NCBI GenBank assembly: GCA_020348925.1 | Contig: CP070758.1 | Span: 2,433,688 to 2,497,687 of the forward strand | Direction: 5' to 3' | Source: Gemmatimonadota bacterium | GTDB taxonomy: Bacteria; JBHIER01; G020348925 | Length of the DNA stretch: 64,000 nucleotides | Part shown: positions 60,577 through 64,000 of the stretch, piece by piece | How positions within the stretch are numbered: the stretch's first letter is position 1 | Layout: each line of letters opens with the position of its first letter | Program-made: the position numbers and the translations under genes | Notes under the pieces: model-generated | What the model was told of the DNA's origin: nothing | Databases searched by the model: none | What the model saw: the letters and a program-made list of their open reading frames with translations, nothing else

Positions 60577-60612
60577 GTTGATATTGTCAACAAATATATT
60601 GACAGTATCATA
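60577..60612 (+). promoter_or_regulatory. Putative MarR operator pair overlapping a -35 box
   Basis: GTTGA-N5-TCAAC palindrome at 60577-60591 and a weaker TTGA-N5-TCAT over TTGACA at 60599. Confidence 0.55.
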
Positions 60613-60615
60613 TAA

Positions 60616-61593
60616 ATGATCATTTATTTAAAAACAGGTAAATTAGAGACAGAAGAAATTACTATGGTTGAAGACCCCCTCTGCGAAAGCATCGAGAAAG
60701 TACGTAAGTTCAATCGTTTCTACACCAAGCGGATTGGTCTCCTTGAACAAGGTTTACTGAAAACGCGATATCCCCTGACCCAGGCACGCATCATCTTCGA
60801 ACTGGCCCAGCATGAGCAAACCACAGCACGTGACCTCGTCAGTGCACTCAGTATAGATCCCGGATACCTCAGCCGTATCCTGAGTATATTTGAGAAAGAC
60901 GGTCTCATCCAAAAAACACCTTCAAAATCGGACAATCGGCAGCGCGTTCTCAAACTCACTGCCAAGGGAAGAAAATCCTTTCATGTCCTCAACAACCGAT
61001 CAAGTCAAGAAGTGAAGGGATTGTTACAAAGCTTATCCGGCGAAGATCAACATCGGCTCATACATGCGATGCGTACTATTACGGACGTTCTTGAAACTGA
61101 ATCGAAGCCTACGATGTCTTATCTCTTGCGCCGTCATAAGCCTGGGGACATCGGGTGGATGGTACATCGTCACGGTGTGCTTTATGCCGAAGAGTACGGT
61201 TTCGACGAGACCTTTGAGGCCTTAGCCGCTGAGATTCTGGCCCGGTTCATCCAGGATCATGACCCGAAGCAAGAGCGCATCTGGATCGCGGAGAGTGCCG
61301 GGGAGCGTATCGGATCAGTGATGATTGTGGATGGAGGAAATCGGGTGGCCAAACTGCGCTTGCTTTTAGTCGAACCGAAGGTCAGAGGTCAAGGGATAGG
61401 ACAGCAGCTCATCAAGGAATGCGTGGATTTTTCAAAGCGGAACGGCTATGGGAAAATCACATTATGGACACAGAGCATTTTAAAGGAAGCTCGACATTTA
61501 TATTCGAAGGCCGGCTTCAAACTTGTTGAGGAGAAACCCCACACGAGTTTCGGTCATGATCTTGTTGCGGAAACATGGGAACTCGAGTTATGA
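60616..61593 (+). CDS. Bifunctional MarR-family regulator/GNAT acetyltransferase
   Basis: FNRFYT..IG, D.GYLSR, D.R...L.LT; PGD.GW, LRLLLVEP..RG.GIG and LWT motifs. The start may be ATG 60664. Confidence 0.93.
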   Translation: MIIYLKTGKLETEEITMVEDPLCESIEKVRKFNRFYTKRIGLLEQGLLKTRYPLTQARIIFELAQHEQTTARDLVSALSIDPGYLSRILSIFEKDGLIQKTPSKSDNRQRVLKLTAKGRKSFHVLNNRSSQEVKGLLQSLSGEDQHRLIHAMRTITDVLETESKPTMSYLLRRHKPGDIGWMVHRHGVLYAEEYGFDETFEALAAEILARFIQDHDPKQERIWIAESAGERIGSVMIVDGGNRVAKLRLLLVEPKVRGQGIGQQLIKECVDFSKRNGYGKITLWTQSILKEARHLYSKAGFKLVEEKPHTSFGHDLVAETWELEL

Positions 61594-61657
61594 GTTCCCC
61601 ATCTCCGTTCGAAAGAGCGCTTTAAAATTGAAGCTCCCACAGAAATTGGAGGGACCA

Positions 61658-62800
61658 ATGAAAACTATACTTGCCGTCACCCTCTTCATATGCTGTGGTG
61701 TAAATGTTTTGTTTGCACACAGCGAACTGGCACGTGTTACTTTCCAAGTCATTGCTCCAACTCTGGATGATTCCTCGGTTGTTTACATCACCGGCAATCA
61801 CGAAAAGCTTGGGAACTGGAATCCCGGAGCGATAAGGCTGAAAAAGATGAGTGCTGATATCTGGAGTTTTTCCTCTCAATTCCCAAAAGGATTTACCCTT
61901 GAATTTAAATTTACAAAGGGAAGCTGGGAGCAGGAGGCGGTTCGTGAAAACGGTGAGATCCCCTCGAACAATTATTTGGATGTGATTCAGGACACAACGG
62001 TGTCCTTCGTCATAAAAAATTGGAAGGACGAATTCGAATATGAGATTGTGGGACAGATTACTGGAACAGTCGTCTACCATCAGGACGTTAAAGGCCATGG
62101 ATTACAGGCTCGAGACATTATTGTCTGGCTCCCTCCAGGTTACGAGAAGAACGAGACGAAGCGTTATCCTGTGTTCTACATGCATGATGGGCAAAATCTT
62201 TGTGATCCCCGTACTTCTTTCATACGCTGCGATTGGCAGATTGACGAGGTGGCGGACAGCCTTATCCGCAAAGGAGAAATTGAACCGATAATCGTTGTGG
62301 GTATGTACAATACATCCGACAGAACACCCGAATATTCACCGGGTCCTAAGGGTGATGCTTATATGAAATTTGTTGTGAATGTGGTCAAACCACTGATCGA
62401 CAAGACATACAGAACATTGCCTGATCGGGAACACACAGCCGTCGGGGGTTCATCCATGGGAGGAATCGTTTCATTCATGTTGCTGTGGGAATACAACGAT
62501 ATTTTCTCCAAAGCGGCGTGCATGTCCCCAGCTTTCAAGTTCGACAACGTCGACTATGTCACGACTGTCGAAAAATACAAAGGACCAAAAAAGGATATGT
62601 TGGTCTATATCGATAATGGCGGTCTTGGCCTCGAAGCCCGACTCCAGCCGGGTATCGACGACATGATAAAAATGCTTGAAAAGAAAGGCTATAAGGAAAA
62701 TAGAGATTTCTACTGGTTCGTCGATAAGACCGCCGAGCACAATGAGGCCGCCTGGGCCAAACGCATCTGGAAGCCGCTCACATTGTTCTTTGGGCGTTAA
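61658..62800 (+). CDS. Secreted CBM20-like domain plus alpha/beta-hydrolase (esterase)
   Basis: Signal peptide; VYITGN...LGNW.P, EFKFT.GSW; YPV.YMHDGQN, GSSMGG and HNEAAW motifs. Confidence 0.9.
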   Translation: MKTILAVTLFICCGVNVLFAHSELARVTFQVIAPTLDDSSVVYITGNHEKLGNWNPGAIRLKKMSADIWSFSSQFPKGFTLEFKFTKGSWEQEAVRENGEIPSNNYLDVIQDTTVSFVIKNWKDEFEYEIVGQITGTVVYHQDVKGHGLQARDIIVWLPPGYEKNETKRYPVFYMHDGQNLCDPRTSFIRCDWQIDEVADSLIRKGEIEPIIVVGMYNTSDRTPEYSPGPKGDAYMKFVVNVVKPLIDKTYRTLPDREHTAVGGSSMGGIVSFMLLWEYNDIFSKAACMSPAFKFDNVDYVTTVEKYKGPKKDMLVYIDNGGLGLEARLQPGIDDMIKMLEKKGYKENRDFYWFVDKTAEHNEAAWAKRIWKPLTLFFGR

Positions 62801-63432
62801 TGGGGAATATCAAAACACGTTTCGCTGGTCGAATTCATGCAAATCTTCTCTTGATCTTATATCTACATATTTAAGGATAACCGCGTCCGAAAATTTATTC
62901 TGAGCAGATCCATAAAAAAAACATAAGAGCTCGTAAAGTCTGTACCATAATACGTTTCTTTGACTGAACATTTTACACATCTTGTCAATAAAGTTCTTGA
63001 CACCGTAACCATTATTTAATAATATTAGTCCGTAAGGTGATTGGTGCTCACCTGTGGAAGGAACTGAAGAAAAGTGATATGCTCTCTGAATTGTCACAAA
63101 CCAGAATCTCTTTGTATTCTTTAAAAATTGTTTCAATCCCAACTATCCCTTTGGTTTTTGACTTCTGCAGCTTTCTTTAAGAAAAAGGGATCGAGATGAA
63201 CGGAAATATTAACCCTTCCCTCCAATAACGGCTCCGATGGGCCGGATGACTGGAGTGTCGTTGCTGCAGAATAGAAATACTCAGAGAATCAAACACCATG
63301 AAATGCATAACCTTCACCTGAATATCAGTACAGATCAACGATAGAAATACGCCTCTTTTGAGATAGATGGCTATTAGTCAAGCAGAAGCTCAGATTGCTA
63401 AGCACAAATCACCCTATGAAAGGAGGAGTAAA

Positions 63433-64000
63433 ATGAAAAAGATCCTTGTCTCTCATTCCTCTTACAGGAAAGGCCTCAGCTGGCTCGTCGTACTCATGAT
63501 ACTGTTACCTATTTTAACAGCTGTCTCTCGAGAGGAACAAGCCAGTGATACGAATCAAGATGTGGTTACATTTCAACACCGGGCAATTTCGGAGCAACAA
63601 AAATCCGCATCAGGCGACAGCGGCTACACCATAAGATACGACTACAATGAACAAGGGCGCCTGGTGGGAGTGGACTACGGCGACAGCACGGTTATTATAT
63701 ATAGTTACGACAACGCAGGAAACCTCCTTTCAAGGGTAATCAAGCGGGGATCTCTCCGCACAGGGGATGTCGAAACAGAAACGCCCTTGACCTACGAATT
63801 GGCCCAAAATTATCCAAATCCTTTTAATCCGATAACAACCATCAGATACCAAATCCCGAAAAAGAGCCACGTGACATTGACAATTTACAACATCCTCGGC
63901 CAGGAAATCCGAACACTTGTCAACGATCGACAAGATGTTGGCACATACTCAATCGTATGGGATGGACGAGATCAATTCGATCAGGATGTGTCCAGCGGGA
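63433..64000 (+). CDS. 3'-truncated small secreted protein with two YD/RHS-like repeats and a T9SS-type C-terminal domain (absent from the ORF track)
   Basis: AGGAGG RBS; hand translation gives YDYNEQGRLVGVDY..YSYDNAGNLLSR, then QNYPNPFNP..IYNILGQEIRTLV..WDGRD; the frame is open to the window end. Confidence 0.88.
   Translation, partial: MKKILVSHSSYRKGLSWLVVLMILLPILTAVSREEQASDTNQDVVTFQHRAISEQQKSASGDSGYTIRYDYNEQGRLVGVDYGDSTVIIYSYDNAGNLLSRVIKRGSLRTGDVETETPLTYELAQNYPNPFNPITTIRYQIPKKSHVTLTIYNILGQEIRTLVNDRQDVGTYSIVWDGRDQFDQDVSSG

Noticed and set aside
62801-63432. Riboswitch or tRNA in the long intergenic region
   Set aside because: No consensus or cloverleaf was recognisable by eye; an Infernal/tRNAscan run is needed to exclude it.
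1-64000. Genome-wide TAG reassignment (alternative genetic code)
   Set aside because: TAG terminates many genes at their expected C-termini (fprA, korB, SDR, the T9SS-tailed protein, M23 and others); only dnaE shows an internal TAG.

Overview
Chromosomal window from an anaerobic diderm bacterium. The T9SS/FlgD-type C-terminal sorting domains, dockerin-tailed exoproteins and WD40-Omp85 protein suggest an FCB-superphylum lineage such as KSB1; this is inference only. A 100-N gap at 47187-47286 joins two compositionally different halves. Left half: an O2/redox-stress and energy cluster (flavodiiron protein, two unannotated rubredoxins, a ferritin-like protein, a rhodanese-cytochrome c fusion, 2-oxoacid:ferredoxin oxidoreductase) and a decayed integrase-less integron cassette array interrupted by ~150-bp inverted-repeat elements. 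It also carries fhs, a ferredoxin, class II RNR, envelope/secreted proteins, comM and a dnaE broken by one in-frame TAG. Right half: two class I aminotransferases, a PEPCK, a flotillin and accessory enzymes. Top observations: (1) an aminotransferase fused to a PEPCK-fold domain with substituted catalytic residues, close to an intact PEPCK; (2) the amber codon inside the replicative DnaE; (3) the degenerate attC array with MITE/REPIN-like insertions; (4) a secreted rhodanese with a C-terminal heme c domain. No rRNA, tRNA or CRISPR array was seen. All protein calls come from motif recognition by eye, not database searches.
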